64,000 bases of DNA, taken from contig NC_069000.1 in the NCBI RefSeq assembly GCF_001194135.2, forward strand, positions 6,784,633-6,848,632. Direction: 5' to 3'. Below are positions 24,086-36,900 of this stretch, one piece after another. The notes beneath the pieces are model-generated. The model made no database searches and was not told the DNA's origin. It saw nothing but the letters and a program-made list of their open reading frames with translations. Source of the stretch: Octopus bimaculoides (taxonomy: Eukaryota). The translations under genes were made by a program, and so were the position numbers. Every line of letters begins with the position of its first letter. The first letter of the stretch is position 1.

Positions 24086-25440
24086 CTGTGTGTGTGTGCA
24101 AGCTTGAGAGAAAGGGCACTTGTTCTTTAAATCTCAAATACTGATAGAGTGAGGAATTTTTTCTATCATTAGTGCACCTCATGGTATTTAGTTATGGCTA
24201 TTTACATTCCGGGTTCGAATCTCGCCCAGATAAACTCTTTCATCCTTTCGGGGTTAATAAAATAAGGTAGCAGTCGAGTACAGCGAATCGATTTATATGA
24301 AAATGCATCCTATATATGTAAGTGAATGGAATTACGATCGGCGACTATGACTTAATAATTTGTTATTTACCTTCCAAGTTCTTCCCGTGACTGGATATTA
24401 TCTGCTGTTTTAGACTTTATGACGATAAAATCAAATATGAGTCTGTCTCTCTTCACCTCCAGATGTTGCTTGCTTGTGTTCCTCTAAAATTAGTTCAAAT
24501 GAGCTACCGCCACCGCTACTGCCCTACTTAAATAACTAAAAATTCAATTGTCTCGATTACAAACACTGCACGGATGCAAGCCGTCATTGTGGTCTTTCAT
24601 CGCTGGCGAGGGTGATCGTCTCAACGTCTTGATGACATAGAATTTTTTCTACACTGCCAAGTTGTGACATAATGAGTTTTTGGGTGTCCAAAGTCCGCAG
24701 CACTTTTCTTTCATTCATTATTTTTCTCCAAAATATTCAGTTCTTTCTTTTTCCAAAATGTTCGGCTCCCCGATGAAGTGATTGTCTCCACCCTTAAAAA
24801 GTCTGTCACCAGTTCTTCTCATTTAGTCCTGTCGATGTTGCAGGACTCCAACTAGTCCTTGTTTCTTTCTGTCGTCCCTTTTTTTTTTTTTTTTGTATCA
24901 TTTTCCTTCTTTCGGTTTAGAATACAGGAATTGTTTTAGAGACAGGTTAACAAGTCAACAAGGTCACTCATCTGCCTGCGTTTACTTTCGATAACATTTT
25001 CTTCACTCATCATCATCATCATCAATTTCCCCATGGCCAGACATGTTTTTCGACTAAAATTTGGAAACAATGTCTCTTGCATGAGGGTGATGCTCATTTA
25101 CAACCATTGCATGATGTCAAGACAAAGATACACACACATAAACATACATACGTATTTGCATAAATGTGTGTGGCCTGGTGGTTAGGGTGTTTCACTCACA
25201 ATTGCTAGATAGTTCAATTCTCAGACTGAGCAACACATTGTGCTCTTCAGCAAAACACTTCATATCATGTTGCTCCAGTCCACATAGCTGCAAATGAGTA
25301 ACTCAGCAATGGACTACTTTCTGATCAAGGAGAATGTTGGACTGCATGCCTAGCCAGTGGGGTGGCATCAAAACGATGCAAAGTGCAATCTGACCAGTCA
25401 TGTATATCAGCATTTCATAGTCTGGTTGATCACATGATAC

Positions 25441-25484
<44 letters not shown>

Positions 25485-28400
25485 TAAATCCTCGAGTATA
25501 GTCCGCCCTTGAGTATAATACGCAGGGGATTTTTAGGGGGCTGTGCCTCTGAAAAACCTAAACCTTGTGTATAATATGCACCCCTTCTCTAACTTGAGTC
25601 AAGGAGGTCTATATACCGTCCTTGGTTTGTAAACGTATATACGGTAACATCCTTTATTATTATTGTATATATAACAGCAAGAGGTGCAAATGAAGGTAGC
25701 GACATCAAACTTCCTTATTCACCAAATACCACATATTAGAGAAGGTTCTCAATAATAACAGTTAAACAAAACGGTGGTGCCCCAGCTTTGACCTGATACT
25801 GAAAAAAAAAAAATATGGGTGGTTAATTTACAATTTTACAACCTAAATATATACGCTGCTGAGCACTTTGTCTAGCGTGCTAGCGATTCCGCCAGTTCAC
25901 CTGTATAGAAATATTGGTTTCAAATTTTAGCATAAGGCCGGCTTAATAAGTTATTTCAATAAACTCTTCGTTATTTTCAAAATTTAATTTAAACAAAGAC
26001 AATGTACTTCAACAGAAAATATTTGAAAGAGTGCAACAGGGTAACAAAAGGATAAAAAAAAATATTCAATGAATATATTTAAATATATTAGCAAAGTAAG
26101 TATTAACAATCTTGATAAAGTTAGCTAAAGTATATATGGGTACACCCACCCACACATACACAGACAATGCTTCGAAGTTTGTTAAGTGCTAATGTACGAA
26201 ACTCTTGACCCTTGAGTCACTTGCGTTAAATATTAATCAATATATGTATGTAGATAGATGTACACACACACACACAAAAACATGAGTACACAGGTACAAA
26301 ACAAGGTGAAGAAAAACTACTTGAATAGCAAAAGTAGATTAAGACACTGTTATTTTTTTTTCAGCTTCAATAAAATAGTGTGTGTATGTATGTATGTATA
26401 TATGTATACATGTAGATAGATAGATAGTGTGTGTATTGATACAAGTATTTATGTATGTAAAGTGTGTGTGTGTGTACATGTATTACAGAAATGAAACTTT
26501 GAATGTAGTTTATCTCTGAGGTATTTTTTGTGTCTCCAGAACCTGTTTTTGGTGCAGAAATAGAATATATGATATTATCTAACCTTTATAGGTTAATGAC
26601 ATTGTACCTTCACACAGCCTAATAGAGGTCAACAGCTATACAACTCTTAGACTTATACCCATACAGAAATTGTCTTTTATTTTATTTTTTTTCCTGCTCT
26701 AGATGCAAAGCCTGAGGTTTTTTGGCTGGGGTGTGATCCAGTCAATTCCATCAACTCCAGTGCTCAACGGGTACTTATTTTACTGACTGTGAAGGGATGG
26801 AAAGGAAAGACATGTTTTTAAAAAAGAAACCTACAAGTCTGTCTTGGAGTGCTTGTGAATTGGTGATCACGTCTACAAGTGATGGTGTGCGCAAGCCTAG
26901 TGCGAGTGAGAGTGATTCAGAAAACGATTATAATAATAATATTTTTTTTATTATAAATAATCTTGACATTCTTTTTACTTTACATTAAATATTCTTTACA
27001 TTCTTCTGTTGTTTTATTACCATTTATTTACGAGTATTATAAATTTTATAGATAAAATATTTTTCTGGGCACAATTGCTACTATCGGAAATATTTTTCTG
27101 GGAATTATTGCTACTATTGGAAATTATGCTCTGCTTTACGAGTTTTCGCTTTATGAGTGATCTCTGGGAACAAATTAACTTATATATCAAGGCATTACCA
27201 TATTATTAGGAATTGTAAAAAAACAAAAAAAAAAATTTAATATTTTATGTATTATAGACATATAACCAGTTTATTACAGATAAATTTTAACAATAGAACC
27301 CCTGTTGAGAACCACTGTGAACTGGACAGTATGATAACTGTCACACCATATAATTGGTTTTAATTAACAGTCTGTCTCTCATGCTGAATTATATATTGGC
27401 AAGGCAGAATTTTCACTGTAAAATTTCGTTCAGTAGCACCAGTCTCATAGTTAATGACCCAATGTGCTGGTAACAGATGCAGCTGTCATTCCCACTTGAC
27501 ATTTATGATTTTAATTTCCATATATCCTACATATTTGCTGTGTTCACATTTAAGTTGTAAAATAAATAGATATGTTTGCTGCTATGGCCCAGTTCACTTA
27601 GCTGTTCCACTTAATTTGTTGCTCTCGTACCACTTTCACACAGACCCTTAAGACACAGTTCTCTCTTGCTACCAATGCTGTAACTACCACCACCCTGAAT
27701 TGTCCACTTTCTATAAAACTCTTTTCTCCTGCCTAAGCCTCAGCCAGATTTGAAATAAGAACATTAATGAAATAATGTGCCATTCAAATTGTCGACCCTC
27801 CTGTCATAAACAACAGATGAGGGTTTCACAACTTCTTGCGGGGCAGCCAGTGCAGATGATTTATTTATATTTATCAAATTGACATTGACTCTCTGAGTGC
27901 TCTTGTTATTATTATTAGTGAAAATTCATTATGTAATTATTAATTTCTTATCATCGTTTAATGTCCGCTTTCCATGCTAGCATGGGTTTATTGCCTTAAC
28001 TTCCCTTCCACCCACCCACCTTTCTCTAATTTATCGACTTCAAAGTAACAACTTTTATGTTTTTATAATTTATTTTTTCAATTTGCTACAGGTCATCAGG
28101 TCAATCCTGTCCAGAGTGGACAATCGTAGAACTCCAAGGAGATCTTGAAATGCGATACCCTGTGCCATTAGAGGGTAAATTTATTGGAGATTTACATTTC
28201 ACAACTAAAGTAAGAGCTTTCATTCATTTTTTATCATCATCATTATTACCATCACCCTCATCATTTAAGATCCCATTTTCCATGCTGGCATGGGTTGGAT
28301 GGTTTGACAAGATCTGGCAGATTGGAGAGCTGCACCAGGCTCTAATTGTCTTGTTTTGGCAAGGTTTCTAAAGCCAGATGTCCTTCCTGATGCCAACAAC

Positions 28401-29293
28401 CTGAACGCACTGGGTGCTTCGATATGCCACCGGCACGGGTGCTAGCTGTGTGACACCAGTATCTACCACAACTATTTCACTTGGTCTGATGGGTCCTTCC
28501 CTCAAGCACGACATATTGCCGAGGGTGTGGTTTATTTGTCATAGCCTCTATGAGGCTCAACTCTTGAAGGGTGCTTTTTACATGTCACTGGCACAGACAA
28601 TCTTGGTTCCACTCCCTCACTCAGCTGAGAGGTCCTGCACCATGCTCCAGTGTCTCCTTTTGGCATGGTTTCTACAGATGGATGTTCTTCCTAGCATCAA
28701 CAATTTTACAGTGTGTACTGGGTGCTTTAAAACTATGAATCTCATGAGAGTAGCTTTATGCTGGGGGATGAGAAACAGAGGTAGGGGTAAAGTATGAGAA
28801 AAGGTTTCTTGCTGAAGAGTAGCCAAATGACTTAGTCTCATTTTATAAGAAAGACAGTGATTAGGTGGAGCTGGAAAACAATAGAAATAGGTTAGAAAAT
28901 TATGTAAGAATGAATGGGGCCAGGACTGAGCAGGGGATGTCTGGTGGTGCAAAACAGCAGAAATAGTGATGGTGATACAGTAAACGGGAGAACAAGAGAG
29001 AGGGGAAGGGAGAGAGAGATGACATTTCAATAATCAATTACTAAATAGATTTGATCTGTTTTCAGGAACAACCTGTTCTTATCATTGGTCACCATATCCT
29101 CTATGGAAAAAAGATGCAACTTGAGAAGCCTTTTGTTCTTTTGACTAAGCACCATCATAAAACAAGTGAAGAGACGGATGATGACTCAGCAAACAGAGCC
29201 ACTGAATATGGAGTGGAGGCCATCATTAAAACAAAATTGTTGTTCAAAACACGACCAAAGCCTATTCTTGCGCATGTTCCAAAGAAAGTTTGA
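21809..29293 (+). CDS. CHTF8: Chromosome transmission fidelity protein 8 (CTF18-RFC subunit), complete spliced gene, 122 aa
   Basis: Exons 21809-21831, 28092-28209 and 29066-29293, GT-AG and phase-consistent. Protein [27 protein letters not shown]...[23 protein letters not shown]...LEKPF...[19 protein letters not shown] matches the CTF8 family. Confidence 0.95.
23310..23499. repeat. Inverted repeat, 74-bp arms, 42-nt loop
   Basis: Arms 23310-23383 and 23426-23499, one mismatch. Confidence 0.92.
24011..24082. repeat. (GT)n(TA)n microsatellite
   Basis: About 30 TA units; other long TA runs at 1-40, 5093-5133, 13678-13718 and 25443-25482. Confidence 0.95.
25483..25646. mobile_element. Possible pogo/Tigger-like MITE remnant
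   Basis: CTCGAGTATA near the left end and GTATATACGGTA at the right end resemble Tigger-type termini. Confidence 0.35.
28092..28209 (+). CDS. CHTF8: CHTF8 exon 2
   Basis: CTACAG|...|GTAAGA, 118 nt, EWTIVELQG motif. Confidence 0.95.
29066..29293 (+). CDS. CHTF8: CHTF8 exon 3 with stop
   Basis: TTTCAG|, 228 nt to TGA; ORF 29051..29293. Confidence 0.95.
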   Translation, partial: EQPVLIIGHHILYGKKMQLEKPFVLLTKHHHKTSEETDDDSANRATEYGVEAIIKTKLLFKTRPKPILAHVPKKV

Positions 29294-30923
29294 TGTTTTA
29301 TGTTTGTAATTATTATTGAAACATGGAAAATTTTATGATGAAATACCAAAGACTATTTATCTATCTACCCAAAGTCTCTGTGGTCTGTAATTTGGTGTAA
29401 CCAGTTGCAAATCATTGCACTTCACTGAGAAGCAACATAACATTCCAAAACCATTTTCAAAATGAAGGGCAAAGATGAAGTGAGGTTGTCTGTTGTCTTG
29501 TTTACAAGACCTAGATTCTTTGCAATGAACTCTAGTATTTTCTTTCTAAAACATGTTGAACTCACTATTGTGTAAAAACCATCTATTGCAGTTAATATTC
29601 TTTAAAACAGTTCTCTCCATAGTGTGGAAAGTGGCAAAAATCCCATGTTTATCTAAAACTTGTATTTCACAAATTTTCAACTTCTCCCAAAATTCTGCCT
29701 GAAAGCTGATATTGTTTAACCAACTTTTTTTTATTCATTAACTATTAGGTTTTCTATTATAATTTATTATTAGTTGACCCATGTCTAACTGCTGACTTTA
29801 TAATAAAATATTTAATCGAGAAATCCTTTACATTATATAAAAAAAATAATTTGTTTTAAAACTTCGTGTTTTTTTATTTAAAAAAACATCTTGTCTTACA
29901 CTCCACATTGTCTCTGTTTAACTCTGGCACCATATTCCTGTATAACTTTGGTATTATTTAGGTTAATACAGACACTTAAATGTCACAACTTCTTCTCTCC
30001 CTCCCTCTTTATGCATCTATCTCTCTATATATCTATTCATATATTTATCTATCCACCCATCTATCTATCTAGTTAGCTGACTAGCTCTCTTGCAGTTTGG
30101 AAGCATGTCTTTTATTTGCCACATTTCAAAACAAATTGTCAGAACATTGCTGTGGAAGCAGACTTCAAGTCTTAATTCAGTTCCAGGAGAAAAGTTTTCC
30201 CTCCGTCTCTGGTTTGCTAAGAAGAAGGATAATTATGTTGATTGTCTCTTTTCCCAAGTCCAGATGCAGAACAATGCAATGAGATAGACTACAATAACAG
30301 GAGCAGCAGTGGAAGGAGGCAGAGTAGTGTTTCTCTACAGCATTTCCTGTTGATGCTGCCACACCAACAATGGAAGGAAGATAACTGGTAAGAGCTTTGA
30401 ATGTGTTATGATGTGAGTCTGTGTGCATGTCTCAGGATATGTGTGTGTTTGCGTGTGACAAACTGAATGACAATTATGCACAGCTTTCTGTGCCCCGGCA
30501 TGGCCACAGTTCAATGACAGAAACAAGTAAAAGATAGGACACACACAAAGATTAGATGATTCCAACATCCAATTTTATATAATCTTGTTTGTTTTTTTTT
30601 TGTTTTTTTTTTTTTTCATTCAGTGTAAAATGTCAAAAATAAATCTTCAGAACTGCAAAAAATCGGAAGGAAAATAAAGGAAAAATTGTTTAAAATTCCA
30701 AAATATATTGAAGTTGTAAAAAAAGACAAAAAAAAAAAGAACGATGCCAACAACCACATTGGATATGAATGTAATAAAATCAATGGAGCTGGATTACAAT
30801 TGATGGCAGGATTGTCTCCATTCTGGCAAAGGTTGCAGACGTGAATTAATTTTTGGCTTTCTTTATTGAATTATTATCGCTGTTAATTGGAATTGTCACC
30901 AATAAAATGTCGTCGATTGCTAT

Positions 30924-30986
30924 TTAGAGATTTGGTGCCAACCAGTTAAGTACTTTCATTGCAACTTCGTATCCCAAGAAGCAAGC
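30924..30986 (-). CDS. SLC25A20: SLC25A20 exon 9 [20 protein letters not shown]-stop
   Basis: TTTCAG| acceptor, 63 nt to TAA; AATAAA on the minus strand at 30862-30867. Confidence 0.95.
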   Translation of the reverse strand, partial: ACFLGYEVAMKVLNWLAPNL

Positions 30987-33900
30987 CTGAAATAAATGAA
31001 TAAATTATTTTTAATAAAGAGTAGCCATCTATTAATTCAACATTATAGGAAATAAATTGAACAAAAATATTGTCAATAATGATAAAGGAAATTTTTTTCA
31101 ACCTAATCCAATTTCCTCACAGTGATCTCCTGGAATCCTAAATTTTGTCCCCTACCCCAATTCACTGCAGGTTGAAAATTGTGGTTCTAATAACGCCAGT
31201 GATACAAGGGAGACAACTCGCTACATGAACCAATCGTAATTTCAGTCAATATTCTGTGATGTAACAGTTCAATAAAACAAGATTATGGCAATTACCAACC
31301 TAATATATCATCATCGTTTAATGTCCACTTTCCTACATTTGCAGGGGGTCAGACAGAATTCACTGAGGCAGATTTTCCACAACTGGATGCCCTTCCTGTA
31401 GCCAACCTTCTCCATAGCTAGACATATTCTCTCAGAAAATTGGAAACAAATGACTGACATTTATTTACATCTGTCAGGTCATATCAAGACAAGGAGGCAC
31501 CAACACACACACATATATGTAACAAGCTTCTTTCAGTTTCCATCTACTAAATCCAAGGAATGGGGTGGTGTTCCAGACATACTTATTCAGTTAAGCCATT
31601 TTCTTTTAAAAAAACAAAAACAATCAGGTGTGATTTTAAGGGTGATTTGGCTTTTTATTTTTCCTAGCAGGTCAACTGATTAAACACCTGTAAAATATTT
31701 GTGATAAAATTACTTACACCGTTAGCAGGGAAGGCTCTTATCATGACTGGTGTTACACCTCGATACATGGCAAAGATTCCTTCTTCTTTCATTAGTTGAC
31801 GGAAAACATCTCTGATACCATTTGGATATGTACCTTGTGGGGCTACAAAAGAAGCACATTTCAAAATGTTTCATATAAAAAAATACGATTGAAATACATA
31901 AATTATTGAAAATAAAATACACAACCACAAACAACACACTTGTCACCATTCTATCAATTAAGCTAGAAGTCTTGGAATTTGTTAGCATGGCTTAAGAAGT
32001 TCTACCTCTCCAAAGAAGTCATACACCAAGCAACTAAAATACCTTTAGATGATATTGACAGAAATTATATGGATTTATCTGTGAACACTTTCAAGGGCCA
32101 TTTCCATCAATATTTCTATTTGTTCAATTTAAAGAATAGAGAAAATTCCACATCACTTTCATGATTCATCACATTCACAGACCAGGATTTGGGATGCCTT
32201 CCGGTAACATGGAACACTAGATAGACCCAAGCCATACATTAACAGGGTATGGAACTGAAGAGAGTGCAAATTCCCGGTTGTGAAATAACATCTCTAAACT
32301 AGGAGGTTAGAAAAAGTGTCGTACAACTACTACCACTGACAGAGATTCCTCTTGGAAAACTTCCAAAAGCCTGAATGACAATTCATAAAAATCACTTCTC
32401 AGAAATTCTATTTGCTAGTTCCATGGAATCCTTGAAGACAATAACCTTTATTGCCACCCTCGAAAAAAAATTTTAAAGGAATGAATCGACAAATGGCAAC
32501 AAGGTAAGTCACATGACCAGACTTAACCAATGAGAAGTAAACTTACAAGTTCAGCTAACGATGTAACATTTTTAGTCATCATTCACAATCGCAATTTCAG
32601 CAGAAGGATTACAAATAGGTCCTCTATATGAGTGAGTGTGAAACCAAGGAGGGATGGTGTCAACCTCACTTTTTCTGAATTTAAATATAAACTTAGCTTT
32701 ATATATTAAGTTCTTTTCATCTTCCACTTAGATGAGCTGGAAGAATTGTTAGCATGCACGACAAAATGCTTAGTGGTATTTTGTCTGGCTCTACATTCCG
32801 AGTTCAAACTCTGCCAAAGTTGACTTTACCTTTCATGCTTTTGGGGTCGATAAAATAAGTACCAGTTAAGCACTGGGGTCGATGTAATCGGCTTAGCCCC
32901 TCATCCAAAATTGCTGGCCTAGTAGAAGACGCTTACCCAAGATGTCATGCAATGGAACTGAACCTGAAACCATGTGGCTGGCAAACTTCTTACCACACAA
33001 GCACACCTGTACCCATAGTGTTAAATAAAAACAAAGCATCTTACACATGAATGTAATTCCATTAAAATGTACAAAATACACGCAAACACATAAATTCACA
33101 CATGGTGCACCAGCATGACCGCAGCCACTTGGCTGAAACACATAAATAAATAAATAAATAAATATTACTTAATATTGCTTTCGCTTCCAGCAGAAAAAAA
33201 AGTGTTATGGTAAAAAAAAAAATAGTGTTAATGAATGTTTTACCTGTTTGATATCTTGATTTCAAAACATCAGGAGGAATGGCAACAATCCAGTTGAAAA
33301 CGCCAGCCATGCCACCAGCACATAAGGTCCTGAGAGGACTTAGTTCCCTGCGACTGCAAATTAGAAAATAAACAAATTTTTATGATTACCATATATACAG
33401 ATGTGTGTGTGTGTGTATATATATATACACTTTACATCTGTTCTCCATGCTGGCATGGGGTGGACAGTTTAACATAAGCTGGAAGGCTGCACCAGACTGT
33501 ATTCGTCTACTCTGGCATTGTTTCTACAGCAGGATGCCCTTCCTAATGCCAACCACCTTACAGTGTACTGGGTGCTTTTAACATGGAATGAGAGGGGTCA
33601 CCAAGTATCTTGCAAGACGACTTCTCAGTTGAGTGGGATGACAGATGATGAGAAGGAGAAGTCTGGATGAAATGTCTGTGAAAGAAAGAGACCTCAACAC
33701 TAGAGGCAACAATGGACTAAGTTGTGGTGTTAAACAGGGTAGCATGCTATGCCTAATTCCTTATACAAAGTGTAATGTCTAAAACCAGGAAATAAAAAAA
33801 CATTGTGGCTTCGCAGGAAGCTTACCTCAACTCTAATGGCACTCCCCACTGGTAGGTAATATATTATAAACACAAACTTACTCTCCTCCTTTTGGTGCTA

Positions 33901-36900
33901 ACATATTTTGCATCCATTCATAAGTCATAAAGTAAGTTCCAGAAGCTGGCATATCTACAAAAAAAAAAAAATAAATAAATAACAATAATGGTTTCGAATT
34001 TTGCCATAAGGACAGCAATTTGTGGGGAGGGGATGAGTCAATTACATCGACCCCCTAGTGTTTCACTGGTACTTAATTTATCAACCCCAATGATCTCTAA
34101 TATAAGCACAAAGCCACATTTTTAAGAAGGGCACAGTTAATCATATCAACCCCAGTATTTAACCAGTTCTTTATTTGGTCAAAGGATGGAAGACAAAAAT
34201 CAGTTACAGCAAGAGAACAATCAAGGAATTCAGTTATCAAAGTGTTTATAAAACTACAAAACATTTCGAACCTCGTAGAAGAGTGGCACCGGTGCCTCTG
34301 TATAAACTGCGCATGCCACCTTCTTTGTAAAGTTTTTTGGCACAATCAATGGGACCATTATATTTCCGAGGACCTTTAGAATCGGCTTGAATCTGCAAAG
34401 AAAGACAATATTATCAGCAACAACAAATAAGATGAGTTGACAATAATGTTATTATTATTATTATTATTGTGAGGGTGCATGAAAGAAGCCCGTCATGTGT
34501 GTGTGTGTTTGTCCTCCACCACTGATTGGCAGCTGGTGTCAGTGTTTGCATCCCCAGAACTTAGTGGTTCAGCAAAAGAGACTGACAGAATGATTATCAG
34601 GCTTGATAAAAAAAAGAACCGGGGTCAATTCATTTGCCTAAATTTCTTCAAGGCGGTGCCCCAGCATGACCACAGTGAGCTGAAACAAGTAAATGATAAA
34701 AAATACACATAAACTGATGTATAATACATGTATAATGCAAAAACACCCTGCACACCACAATAGACAATGAAATTTTAAAATTTATTGTTTCTGTGTGGCC
34801 TGGTAGAAAATGATCTGTGGCCTGGTACTGGTCACTGGCCTTGTGGTTGGGGACCCTTTGCTCTAAACCCTGAAATAGGTGTGAATTGTTTTCCCAGAAA
34901 CCAGTTGGCTCTGTATAGAATATCTACTGAAAACCTCTTTGACAACAATGCCAGCTCCAGCTCTTGTCAGTTGATGATGACAGTGAATAATCCTTTCTAC
35001 TAAAGACACAAGGCCTGAAATTTTGGGGAAGGGGACTAGTCATTTACATTGACCCCAGTGTTTCACTGGTACTTAATTTATCAACTCCAAAAGGATGAAA
35101 GGCAAAGTCGATCTTGGTGGAATTTGAACTCAGAACGTAAAGACAGACAAAATGTCACTAAGCATTTTGTCCAGCGTGCTAACGATTCTGCCACCTTAAT
35201 GATGGTGAATAATGATGATATTTCAAAAAAATGTTATCTTACCTGCAGAAGGCACTTTATTCTTTCTCCCGGCGTCATTATCACAGTTGTCATCACACCA
35301 GAAAGCAAACCAGCATTGAATATTTGAAAATAGCTAGAATATATGGAATATACAAAAAAGACATTTCATGATTCCTGAAACATTAACCTTTTCTTGATTA
35401 ATTCTTTCTAATGAATAGGCACATACGTGGTCGCGTGATTAAGAACCTTGCTTCCCATGGTTCCAGGTTCAGTCCCACTGCGTGGCAGCTTAGATGTTTT
35501 CTACTCTAGCCCTAGGCCAGCAAAAGCTTTGTGAGTGAATTAAGTAGATGGAAACTGAAAGAAGCCTGTCATATGTGTGTGTTTGAGTTGGTGTCTCCTT
35601 TGTTTTGACATTGTATGACTGTTGTAAATGAGTATCACCGTCATACAAGCAGTGTCCTTCGTTCACAATCTTCTGTGGAAACTTGTCCAAGCATGGGAAA
35701 AACCTAAAAAATTAACACTATGTCAATTACAACAATGAGGGTTCCAGTTGATCCGATCAATGGAACAACATGCTAGTGAAATTAACATAGAAGTGGCTGA
35801 GCACTCCATAGACACACATTTCTTTAACATAGTTCTCAGAAAGATTCAGCGTGACACAGAATGCGACAAGGCTGGTCCTTTGAAATACAGGTACAACTCA
35901 TTTTTGCCAACTGAGTGGACTGCAGCAACATGAAATAAAGAGTCTTGCTCAACGACACAATGCACTATTTGGAATCAAACTCACAACCTCATGATTGTCA
36001 GCTGATTACCCTAACCACTATCTTAAACAACCAGGCAGCCATATAAAATAAAATGGTTTTTAAAAAATGGTAACATTTGATTACATGGAATTAAATTTTG
36101 GTCAATATTAGAATTGGAAATACCTTAATGTATCTGTTGGAGACTTTTGTTGCAATTTCTTCCCAACACTAAAACCAAAGAAACAAATGGCAAATATAGG
36201 AGCAATTCCAGTAAGAGGCGCTGCCATTCCTTTATATAGACCAAAGAAACCCTAAGGAAAAAAAAAACAAAAAAAGCTTTTAAATAAGAATTAAAATATT
36301 TCTATTAAAAGATGTAAGGATGAAAATGAGTGTTCCAGTTGATCCGATCAATGAAACAGCCTGCTCTTGGAAATTAACAGACAAATGGCTGAGCACTTCA
36401 CAGACACATGTATCCTTAACAGTCCTCAGAGAGATTCAGCATGACACAGAATGTGACTTGGCTGGCCCTTTGAATTACAGGTACAACTCATTTTTACCAG
36501 CTGAGTGAACTGGATCAATATGAAATAAAGTATCTTGCTCAAGGACACAACATGCTGCTCAAAATCAATATATATATATACACACTTTGCCATGTTTGCA
36601 TGGATCTGACAGAATTTGTTGAGATAGATTTCTACAGTTGGATGTCCATCCTGTTGAGAATCCTTTCTTGTTTCCAAGTTAAGATAATATTTGTCCATGG
36701 CTGAATATGTTTCTACGGAACACTGAACACAAAGGAACCTGTTTCTATGACAGTGACACTCGTTTGTAACTCTCATGTTAAGTCAAGAAAAAGGGACTTT
36801 AGAGAGAGTAACTCAAAGGCTCTGTAGAGGTAGTACCCTTCCCTGAATGGCTCACAATACATAGCCTCTCTTCAGATGCTGGTTCTCACACTCCTGGGCA

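Noticed and set aside
28414-28797. 127-aa plus-strand ORF in CHTF8 intron 2
   Set aside because: Lies in tandem retroposon-tail repeats; no domain
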